IMG/VR virus record: IMGVR_UViG_3300020403_000037
Location: 1-36,122 of that record
DNA length: 36,122 nt
Origin: a virus
Taxonomy: Duplodnaviria > Caudoviricetes
Direction: 5' to 3' (one strand)
Made by a program: the position numbers and the translations under genes. The notes beneath the pieces were generated by a model that saw only the letters and a program-made list of their open reading frames with translations, did no database searches and was not told where the DNA came from. Positions 16,840 through 26,300 of the stretch are shown here, piece after piece (positions within the stretch are counted from its first letter, which is position 1; the number at the start of each line of letters is the position of its first letter).

Positions 16840-19800
16840 ATGTCAACAAGAACCGTTCCTGGTGCAGGTGCACAATTTCAACCTACATTTGATGCTGAAT
16901 TTGGTGTTGAGTCAATTCAAGTTCTTAATGGTGGCAGTGGATATGCATCCACTGACCCACCAAAGATTTCTATAACTGGAACAACAGATCCAATTCAAGA
17001 GGGTGTATTCTTTCCTGTTATCGTCGGTGGCAGTATTGTTAGAATTGCAGTTCTTGAACGTGGTTCTGGATATTTTCCAATACCCGTAGAACTTGCAACG
17101 AGAGTTGGTATTGCAACAACCTCTTATGTTGAGAGTTCAATTGTAATAAACAAAGGAGACCATGTTGCAGTAGCATCTACGGAATCATCCATCATCATGC
17201 ATGTTGGAGATGCTCCTGGAAGTTCTATTTTTGAGAATGGATATAATGTAGCACTCTCCACAAGTATTATTGGAGTTGCTGCAACTGTAGTTCCTGACGG
17301 TTCTTTCAATCAAAACGCATTCTATGGATTATTTGATCCGTTCCCATCATATACTACAAGTGGATTAGGAACTGGTTCAGAGTTCAGTGTATTTTTCGTA
17401 TATAATTCATCCACAGGAGTAGCAATATCAACGTCTCTCATCCTTAGAAAGGGTGGTAGAGGATATCAAGTAGGTGATACTGTTGGTATTTCTGGAACAT
17501 ACATGGGTGGTCAGACACCAGTAAACGACCTAACATTTGTTGTTTCTGATGTTACCAATACTAGACTTGCATCTGAGGCAGGTAATACTTATACGAATAT
17601 TCCAAGTACAACAATAACTGGTAATGGTAGTGGTGCTACGTTTGAAGTAACAAGAGATGCTCTAGGTGATGTTGATGAAATTAGAGTAATCAATGGTGGT
17701 GTTGGGTATGCATTGACTGATGTCGTAGGCATGTCAGGGACATTTATTGGAGGGGTAACACCAGCAGATGACCTTAGGGTATCACCAACTGTTCTTGGAA
17801 CTGATAAGTTGCCATCAACATTATATGTTGAAAAAGTAGATAATAATTCATTCCAAGTTTCTGGATTATCAACTGCTGCTGCACTTAATCTAACATCATT
17901 TGGTTCTGGAGAAAACAATTTACAGTATGATGAACCCAATGCTAGTGCCTTAATTTCTATTGATAATATTATTCAGGCACCAATTTACAAGAGAGATATT
18001 ACACCAACATTAAACCATACTATTGGTATAACCACAGACATCATCTATCTGTCTGGTATCGGTTCTATAACTTCAATAGATATCATCCAAATTAATCAAG
18101 AATTATTCAAGATTAATACTATTGGTCTGACCTCCGAGAGTGCCATTGGAGTAACTAGAGGGTATATTGGGTCCAAAGTTGGATATCACACTGTTGGAGC
18201 AGCAGTAACGGTGCTTAGAGGTGATTATAACATCACAGAAGGCAATGTTAACTTCACAACTCCACCTTATGGAAAAACTGGATTTGCTGGAATACAAACA
18301 CACTCCACTTTCGGTGGCAGAGTATTCTCAAGAAGATTTGATCCAGGTGCAAAAAATGATATTAATCTAATATTTGATGACTTGTCAACTAAGTTTGTAA
18401 GTGCGTCCTCTACAGAGTTCTTCTTATCAAACTATGGGGAAGATGTTGTTGGCATCTTCACAGATACAAATACAGTTCTCGGTGGTAGTGTTGACATTAA
18501 CAACAATCCACTAGTTCTAATAAACAATGTTCCTCAAATATCAGGAACTGATTTTACTATAGAAAATGCTGGTCAGAATAGACTCAGATTCTTATCGGGA
18601 GTTCCAAATGCTGGTCGAATTGTAAGAACTGGTATTTCAACTGGTTTTGGGTATCTTCCATTAGTTGGTGCTGGTGCAACTGCTATTATCGGTGCTGGTG
18701 GCACAATCTCATCTATAGATATAAGAGGATTTGGTCAAGGGTATAGAGTTCCACCAGTCATAGAAGTCTACTCATCGCATGGAAGTAGTGGTATATTAAC
18801 AGCATCAATTGGTGCTGGTGGAACAATTACAGATATTCACATAGCAAACCCAGGAACTGGATATAGTGTAACGGAACCACCTCTCATATACATTGATAAA
18901 CCACCAATGTATAGTGGTCTGGATTTGGATTACATTGATGGTTCAACTGGTGAAGGAACTGGTGCTAAAGTATCTGTAGTTGTTGGTAATGCAGGTGATA
19001 TTATTGGATTTAATTTAGACGAACTTGGTAGTTACTACAAAACGAACGACGTTCTAAAAGTTGTTGGAATTGTAACTGATTCTCAGGTTGGTGCTGGATT
19101 TAGTGAATTTAGAGTCACAGTTGAAGAAGTTGCAACTGACAAGTTTAGTGGCATATACCCTGGACAGTTTGTTCAGTTTGATGATATTTCTAGATTCTTC
19201 AATGGATTTAAGAAGAAGTTCACTCTTAGTGTAACTTCTGGTGGAAAAACTGAAGTATTGAGTCTAAAAGTAGACCCAAGTTCAGACTTGGAAATGGAGA
19301 ATAATTTATTTGTTTATATTAATGATGTTCTTCAAATACCACAACAATCATACTCATTCAATGGTTCTAGAATAACATTTACAGAACCACCAAAACCAAA
19401 CTCCAAGTGCACTATTTTATTCTATAGAGGTTCTGACTTAGATGTCACTCAAGTAGATCCTCCAAGAACAATTAAAGAAGGTGATAGTATTCAAATTGGT
19501 GATAATATTATTGACCCAACTGATAGACCACAATTTGAACGTATTGTTAAGAGAATCGTATCTACAGATGCTCTAGATACGTTCACTTATGACAGTATTG
19601 GTATTAATACTGACCCAACTAAAGAAAGACCACTAAATTGGGTAAAACAAACTACAGATAAAATTATTAATGGTGTTTTCTACTCCAAGGCAAGACCAGA
19701 TTTAAATTCCAGAGTAACACCTAACACTAAGATTATCAAGAACGTTGGAAAATCTGACGATCATTTCTATGTAAACAATGCATTCCCACTGTTTAGTGAT

Positions 19801-21681
19801 GTTGATGGTCTAAGTGAAAATCTAAGAGATGTCAAGATTGTCGATGTTGCAGAGACCAACGCAGCAATAACGACAGCAGTTGTTTCTGCTGCAGGAACAG
19901 TTTCTAGTATTGTAGTTTCTTATGGTGGAACTGGATATCACAGACTAGAAAATCCAAATGTTGCTATTTCTTCTGCGATTATCAGAATGAAGGACCCAAT
20001 CTTCAATTGGGTAGGAAGCAATAATGGAATTTCTACAGAAACAACTATAAACAGTCTTGCAATAGGCAAACCAATTGTTGCTGTTGGTGATAGTGGATTT
20101 GTTGGTGTCTCTACTAACGGTATTTCTTGGTCCACAAGCACACTTGGTGTTGGAACAGCAGTTTATAATGAAATTGATTTTAACTCTGTTGGAATTGCTG
20201 GTACAAATGTATGTCTTACTGTAGGTGAATTTGCAAGAGTGGTTAGATTTAACCAATCTCCTGCTGGAATATCAAATTCAATCAACATCAAACTCCTAAA
20301 AGAGATTGTTGTTGTTGGTTTGCCAGACCCACTAATTGAGTTTAGTCAATACACCAATACATTTAACAGTATTGTATACAACGATTTCCGTGATACCTGG
20401 GTTGCTGTTGGTGCAGGACCTGGAGTCTTCCAGGGAGTCGGTATTGGTACAACATCATTCTTTGAAAAAGCATCGAGGGTATTCAGTGACCTAAATGCAG
20501 TATCTCACAATAAAGCAAGATTCGTTGCTGTTGGTGACGGTGGTGTAATTATCCATTCTGAGGACGGAAACTTCTGGGACCTCATCCAACAATTACCGAC
20601 GACAAGAAATCTAAAAGATGTAACTTGGACTGGACAACAATTTGTTGTTGTTGGTGATAATGGAACTATCTTCACATCTCCTCATGGTGGATTAAATTGG
20701 ACAAAGGTAGTTCCTAATATTGGAGATAGTCTGGTTAAGATTAAGTATGAATATGGTGTATATGTAGCAACTAATAGTGCAGGACAACTCTTGTTCTCAC
20801 TAGACTTATCATATTGGACTTACAGAGGAACCAATCAAACAAATACAATCAATGACTTAGGATTTATTCCACCACCACCACCTGCACACCTGAGAACAGA
20901 ACGTCCAATTTCTGAAGAGGGTAGATATGTATTGGTTGGTGCGTCTGGAACAAGCATGTACGCAGAACCAATTTACAACAGGGCAACGGGTGTTTCTACA
21001 GTTGTAAATGAATCTGTTTCTTCTGTAGACGTTGTAAATCCAGGATTTGGATACTCTATGTCAAATCCACCAGCAGTTCTTGTTGAATCCGATGCTGCTG
21101 TCAATGAGCAAATCTATTCTATCAAAGCAAAGGGTGACTTTGGTCACATCAAGTATGTTGGTGTGGGTAATAGTTTCATTGACTTCATACTACAGTCTGA
21201 AAAATATGATAATGCAACCCTAGGAATCGGATATTCTTCTCTGGATTCTTATGGTGTAACTTATTCTGAAATAGAAGTCGGTGATAGATTTGTAATTACT
21301 GAGAGCAATTCAACTGTCAGTCATGCATTAACTGGTATCACTACAAGTCTTGGTGGTGTGTCAAATTATCCTGCATCTAAAGTTGGAACCGCAGTTTCTT
21401 TCATTGATGGTGTTTATCAAGCAGAGAGAGTTGATGCAACTCCTTCTACTGGAATTGTAACTGTTAGATGCATGTTTGCATATGCTCCTGGTAATGGACC
21501 AATTCAAGTGAGCACATTGGCAAATGAGAATGGACTCTATGGAAGATATTCTTGGGGTAAGATTTACGATTATCAGAATAGAATTAGATTTGGTCCAGAA
21601 GACTTCATTGTAAATACCGACAACGGATTAGTTGGATTATCAACAGCACCCGATGTTTACAGAACTAGGGGTCTATCATAA
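16840..21681 (+). CDS. large baseplate-associated structural protein, probably the C-terminal part of a split gp7-like protein
   Basis: 1613 aa directly before g8. It has GxGY repeats, DDxSxxF modules like the one at the end of 3834..11663, Asp-box-like propeller repeats and a terminal YSWGKI. Confidence 0.7.
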   Translation: MSTRTVPGAGAQFQPTFDAEFGVESIQVLNGGSGYASTDPPKISITGTTDPIQEGVFFPVIVGGSIVRIAVLERGSGYFPIPVELATRVGIATTSYVESSIVINKGDHVAVASTESSIIMHVGDAPGSSIFENGYNVALSTSIIGVAATVVPDGSFNQNAFYGLFDPFPSYTTSGLGTGSEFSVFFVYNSSTGVAISTSLILRKGGRGYQVGDTVGISGTYMGGQTPVNDLTFVVSDVTNTRLASEAGNTYTNIPSTTITGNGSGATFEVTRDALGDVDEIRVINGGVGYALTDVVGMSGTFIGGVTPADDLRVSPTVLGTDKLPSTLYVEKVDNNSFQVSGLSTAAALNLTSFGSGENNLQYDEPNASALISIDNIIQAPIYKRDITPTLNHTIGITTDIIYLSGIGSITSIDIIQINQELFKINTIGLTSESAIGVTRGYIGSKVGYHTVGAAVTVLRGDYNITEGNVNFTTPPYGKTGFAGIQTHSTFGGRVFSRRFDPGAKNDINLIFDDLSTKFVSASSTEFFLSNYGEDVVGIFTDTNTVLGGSVDINNNPLVLINNVPQISGTDFTIENAGQNRLRFLSGVPNAGRIVRTGISTGFGYLPLVGAGATAIIGAGGTISSIDIRGFGQGYRVPPVIEVYSSHGSSGILTASIGAGGTITDIHIANPGTGYSVTEPPLIYIDKPPMYSGLDLDYIDGSTGEGTGAKVSVVVGNAGDIIGFNLDELGSYYKTNDVLKVVGIVTDSQVGAGFSEFRVTVEEVATDKFSGIYPGQFVQFDDISRFFNGFKKKFTLSVTSGGKTEVLSLKVDPSSDLEMENNLFVYINDVLQIPQQSYSFNGSRITFTEPPKPNSKCTILFYRGSDLDVTQVDPPRTIKEGDSIQIGDNIIDPTDRPQFERIVKRIVSTDALDTFTYDSIGINTDPTKERPLNWVKQTTDKIINGVFYSKARPDLNSRVTPNTKIIKNVGKSDDHFYVNNAFPLFSDVDGLSENLRDVKIVDVAETNAAITTAVVSAAGTVSSIVVSYGGTGYHRLENPNVAISSAIIRMKDPIFNWVGSNNGISTETTINSLAIGKPIVAVGDSGFVGVSTNGISWSTSTLGVGTAVYNEIDFNSVGIAGTNVCLTVGEFARVVRFNQSPAGISNSINIKLLKEIVVVGLPDPLIEFSQYTNTFNSIVYNDFRDTWVAVGAGPGVFQGVGIGTTSFFEKASRVFSDLNAVSHNKARFVAVGDGGVIIHSEDGNFWDLIQQLPTTRNLKDVTWTGQQFVVVGDNGTIFTSPHGGLNWTKVVPNIGDSLVKIKYEYGVYVATNSAGQLLFSLDLSYWTYRGTNQTNTINDLGFIPPPPPAHLRTERPISEEGRYVLVGASGTSMYAEPIYNRATGVSTVVNESVSSVDVVNPGFGYSMSNPPAVLVESDAAVNEQIYSIKAKGDFGHIKYVGVGNSFIDFILQSEKYDNATLGIGYSSLDSYGVTYSEIEVGDRFVITESNSTVSHALTGITTSLGGVSNYPASKVGTAVSFIDGVYQAERVDATPSTGIVTVRCMFAYAPGNGPIQVSTLANENGLYGRYSWGKIYDYQNRIRFGPEDFIVNTDNGLVGLSTAPDVYRTRGLS

Positions 21682-21691
21682 GGTCTAATAT

Positions 21692-21720
21692 TTGACACAA
21701 TCTTTCTAGATGTATATAAT
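21692..21720 (+). promoter_or_regulatory. perfect-consensus sigma70 promoter
   Basis: TTGACA (21692-21697), 17 nt, TATAAT (21715-21720), in the 115-nt gap before g8. Confidence 0.8.
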
Positions 21721-21761
21721 GACTCTGTGGAGTTTGAAGGATTGTATTTATATTATTAAGA

Positions 21762-21769
21762 CCTAAATA
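21762..21769 (+). promoter_or_regulatory. probable late promoter (CCTAAATA)
   Basis: TAAATA core ending 27 nt before the g8 ATG, spaced like the other late elements in the window. Confidence 0.55.
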
Positions 21770-21796
21770 AAAGAAAAATGGTCGTTTTTAAAAACA

Positions 21797-23362
21797 ATGC
21801 CTGCTATTATAACTGAACAATTCAGGGTGATGAATGCCGAGACTTTCGTAGAGAGTTTGGTTTCGGTTGGTAGTACCGCAAATACATATTATACATTTAT
21901 TGGTCAACCAAACTGCTTTAATGCACAAGCTGGTGGATCCGCAAACTGGGGTGACGGTCTTTCCCCTCTAGATGGATTTGATGAAGAAAATCAAATCAAG
22001 GAAACTATCATTGCTATGAAGAAGGTCACATCAGAAGATGTGAGAAGAATGATTCGTAAAGTTTCATGGACATCTGGTACTACATATGAGATGTACCGTC
22101 ATGATTATACGATTTATAACAAGACTCCAGTAACGAATCAACCGAGTCTGTATAATTCTAATTTTTATGTCATTAATGAAGACTTTAGAGTATATCTGTG
22201 TCTTCAGAATGGTACAGACCCAGAGAACCCAAAAGGTAGACCATCCTTTGACCAACCATCATTCATTGATTTAGAACCAAGACCAGCAGGCACAAGTGGT
22301 GATGGTTATATTTGGAAGTATTTGTTTACCATTAAACCATCTGAGATTGTAAAGTTTGACTCTATTGAGTTTATTCCTGTCCCTAACAACTGGGGAACAG
22401 TTGGTGAATCAATCTCAACAAAGAATAATGCAATAGACGGCAAAGTTGAAATTATAACAATTACTGATAGAGGTTTAGGATATCAACCAATCTCAAAATC
22501 ATTTACTAATATCCCAATTTTAGGTGATGGAACTGGTGGCAAAGCAACCATCACTGTAGACTCCTTTGGTAAGGTTTCTGAGGTATTCGTTACTGATGGT
22601 GGATCTGGATATACTAATGGAATTATTAAATTTGAACCAGGAGCACCAGGAATTCCATCTGAACTATCAAATGATGGTGGATTTGCAGAATTTGATGTAA
22701 TTATCCCACCTAAAGGTGGTCATGGTCATAATATTTACAGAGAACTGGGAAGTTATAGAGTACTAGTTTATTCAAGATACATTACAGATGATTCAAACCC
22801 TGACGTAATTCTTGGTAATGACTTTGCAAGAGTTGGAATCATCAAAGACCCAACAGTATTTGGTAGTGATACAGAAAAGTTGACATTGGGTGAAGTTAGT
22901 GCACTTAATTCAATTAAACTATCTGGTGTTACAACACAAACAACATATCCAGTAGATTCGGTCATTACACAGACAGTTGGTCAAGGTGTTACTGCTATTG
23001 GATTTGTTGCTGCATGGGATAATGTAACGGGTGTCCTGAAGTATTATCAACCAGTTGGACTTGCTACTGCTGGTGTTAATTACAAAATCAATAGTTTTAC
23101 ATCTACACCAGCAAGTGGTGGTTCATTTGTAATCAATTCACCAAAAATTGTTGGTCCTGCATTGTCCGTTGACACTGCGTTTACAGGTATTAGCACGGTA
23201 ATAAATAGTAGGACTTATCAGTTAGGAAGCAACTTTGTTGCTGGTATTTCATCTGCCGAGTACAACAAAAAGTCTGGTGACATAATCTACCTAGACAATA
23301 GGAAGGCAATTCCAAGATCGTCTAGTCAAAAAGAAGATATTAAAATCGTATTGGAGTTCTAA
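21797..23362 (+). CDS. g8: baseplate wedge subunit gp8
   Basis: 521 aa with AIITEQFR, WTSGTTY, VYLCLQNG, DGYIWKYLFTI, NDFARVGII.DP and SGDIIYLDNR..I.R...QKEDIKIVLEF. Confidence 0.93.
   Translation: MPAIITEQFRVMNAETFVESLVSVGSTANTYYTFIGQPNCFNAQAGGSANWGDGLSPLDGFDEENQIKETIIAMKKVTSEDVRRMIRKVSWTSGTTYEMYRHDYTIYNKTPVTNQPSLYNSNFYVINEDFRVYLCLQNGTDPENPKGRPSFDQPSFIDLEPRPAGTSGDGYIWKYLFTIKPSEIVKFDSIEFIPVPNNWGTVGESISTKNNAIDGKVEIITITDRGLGYQPISKSFTNIPILGDGTGGKATITVDSFGKVSEVFVTDGGSGYTNGIIKFEPGAPGIPSELSNDGGFAEFDVIIPPKGGHGHNIYRELGSYRVLVYSRYITDDSNPDVILGNDFARVGIIKDPTVFGSDTEKLTLGEVSALNSIKLSGVTTQTTYPVDSVITQTVGQGVTAIGFVAAWDNVTGVLKYYQPVGLATAGVNYKINSFTSTPASGGSFVINSPKIVGPALSVDTAFTGISTVINSRTYQLGSNFVAGISSAEYNKKSGDIIYLDNRKAIPRSSSQKEDIKIVLEF
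23200..23207 (+). promoter_or_regulatory. possible internal late promoter AATAAATA inside g8
   Basis: NATAAATA match about 160 nt upstream of the VrlC-like gene, which has only a 6-nt intergenic gap. Confidence 0.4.
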
Positions 23363-23368
23363 AGACAA

Positions 23369-26300
23369 ATGCCACAGAATACTAATTTAAATGTATCTCC
23401 TTACTTTGATGATTTTGATGCGTCGAAAAACTATCAAAGAGTATTATTCAAACCAGCAACTCCAATTCAAGCAAGAGAGTTAACGACTCTCCAATCAATT
23501 TTACAGAACCAACTTGAGAGTTTTGGACAACACTTCTTCAAAGAAGGTTCTATGGTCATCCCTGGCAATATTGCCTATGATGATGACTATACTAACGTAC
23601 AGATTGATGAAACCCACCTGGGCATCCCAGTATCACTGTATCTTGAAAGTCTGAAGGGTAAATTAATTAGAGGTGAAACTAGTGGTGTCACCGCAAAAGT
23701 AGAAGGATATATTTCTGGAATAGACTCTGAAAGAGATAATGTAACTCTTTATATTAAGTATCAAACTTCTAGTAATACTGATTTTACAACTAGTAAGTTT
23801 GCTGATGGAGAAAATCTGATTGCTGTAGACGATATCGTTTATGGTATCTCTGCAATTAGGTCTGGTTCCTCACTGGCAACCACAATTATCTCCAACTCAA
23901 TCTCAACTGGTTCTGCAGTAAAGATTGCTTCTGGTATCTATTTTATCAGAGGATTTTTTGTAACTGTTAATCCACAAACAGTTATTCTTGACCAATATGA
24001 CAACTCCCCATCTTATAGAGTTGGACTATTAATTGATGAAGAGTTAGTAGTAGCATCAAACACGAATGATGATTTGTTTGATAATGCACAGGGATTTTCT
24101 AACTTCTCAGCACCTGGTGCTGATAGATTAAAACTGACTGCTACACTTATCAAAAAGGAAATCACTGACTTCAATGATGAAAACTTCATTGAGTTATTGA
24201 GACTGACTGATGGTGTACCTCAAAACTTTGTAAAAGAGACTGAATCTAAACTTATTCAGGACGAAATTGCCAGAAGAATTTATGATCTTCATGGTGATTA
24301 TTACATGAGACCATTTAGATTATCTATTAAGGAGTCACTTAATAATCAGGTTGGAAACAATGGTGTATACAATTCCGACCAACAAACAAGACAAGGCAAT
24401 ATCCCAAGTGCAGATTTGGGTTGTATTGTAGTATCTCCTGGTAAAGCAACGGTAAGAGGATACGATATCGAAACCGTTGATAGTACCATCATTGACTTTG
24501 AAAAACCAAGGGAAACTAACAAGGTTACGAACCATACTCTACCATTTAGTGTTGGTAGACAAATTGAAGTCAATAACGTATATGGTTCACTTCCAGTAGG
24601 ATTTGGTTCAACCTCTCAAGTTCAATTATACGATTCCAGAACAGGTGCTCAAGGAACATCGTCAGGAACTAAAATTGGTGTTGCTAGAGTATATGACTTA
24701 AAATTAAAGAATGCTGCATACGAAAATAATGAAACTAAGTATGAGTGTTCACTTTATGATATTCAAACATATACACACCTAACACTGAATGCTACTGTAA
24801 CTCTATCCGCATCTAGTTACATTGAGGGTACAGTAAGTGGTGCTAGTGGATATTTGGTTGAATCTGTTACAGATGGTGAAATTCTTCACCTTTATCAAGT
24901 ATCAGGAAACTTTAGAGAAGACGAAGAAATTAAAGTTAATGGTATTAACAACGGAAGAATTGTAACCCAGATAAGAGATTTTGGATTAGGTGATGTCCAT
25001 CAAATTTATGCGGACAATCAGGCTTCTGGAATCGGTTCTTTCAGTGCAGACCCAGTTCTTTCCAAGACATTTAATCTGTCTCCTATTGGTGCAGAGTATA
25101 AAGTCAGTGAAGCATCTGCAGGTGTCTCTACTGTAACATCTACAAGTCCTAACTTTACTGTTGGTATCAAAACTGGTGATATTATTTCATTCTCACAAGC
25201 AGGAGATACCATACCAACTTTCAACAAAGTTACTGGTGTTGACAGTACAAATAACAAACTTGAATTGGGAGTTACAAATACAGTAACAGGTATCTCTAAT
25301 GGTGCTCTTCCTCTCAATGATGTAGAAACTAGTGATTTAAAGAAAGTATCTCTTGAAGTATTGAATGCAGAGAACGCATTCCTATACTCCAGATTGAAGA
25401 ATGTAAACATTGCATCACTTGACCTATCTGATTCTAAAATTGTAGTAAGAAGGTCATATAATGTAACCATTGCAAATGGTTCATTCTCTAGTGTTCTGGA
25501 AACGGATCTAAACTTTGCTCTAGAACCATTTGATGAGGAAGATTACAACATAACTTATGTTGCCTCTGGTAATGTAGAACCATTAACTAATCAAAAGTTA
25601 AATGTTACTGGAAGAACAATCAGTTTAACGAATCTTACTGAAGATGGTGATGCAATCCTAACTGTCACCTTCCAGAAAGTTAAGGCATCTGTGAAGGATA
25701 AAGTATTCCAAAGGTGCTCAAGTCTAATTGTTGATGGTTCATCACTATCTTCTTCTGGTCTTGGTGCAACTACTTTATCTGATGGACTGACATATCGTGA
25801 GCATTATGGTCTTAGAGTTCAAGATGATGTTATTTCTCTAAATGTTCCAGACGTTGTTCAAGTTCTTGGAATTTATGAGTCTTCATCTTCAGATGATCCA
25901 TCTCTACCTAGAATATATCTTGAGGAACTAAATTCAAGTATCTCTAACTTTATCAATGGTGAACGAGTTATTGGTGAGACTAGTGGTGCTGTTGCTCTTG
26001 TTGCATCAAATGATGGAATCAATAGTATTGAAGTTGTTTACATCAATGAGAATAGATTTGCACTCAATGAGACAATTACCTCAACTGAGACCAATATTTC
26101 AGGTGATATTACTGCATTAGAAATTGGTGATAAGAATATCAGAGACAACTATTCATTAGATAGTGGTCAAAGATCTGAATACTATGATTATTCTAGAATT
26201 GTTAGAAAAGTAAATACTGAGGCACCAAATAAGAAGATAAGAGTTATCTTTAATAACTTTACTATCAATACTTCTGATATTGGTGATTTTGTATCAGCAG

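Noticed and set aside
21719-21816. Tiny ORFs 21719..21766 (15 aa) and 21778..21816 (12 aa)
   Set aside because: Neither has an SD. The first overlaps the -10 box, and there is no evidence of coding.
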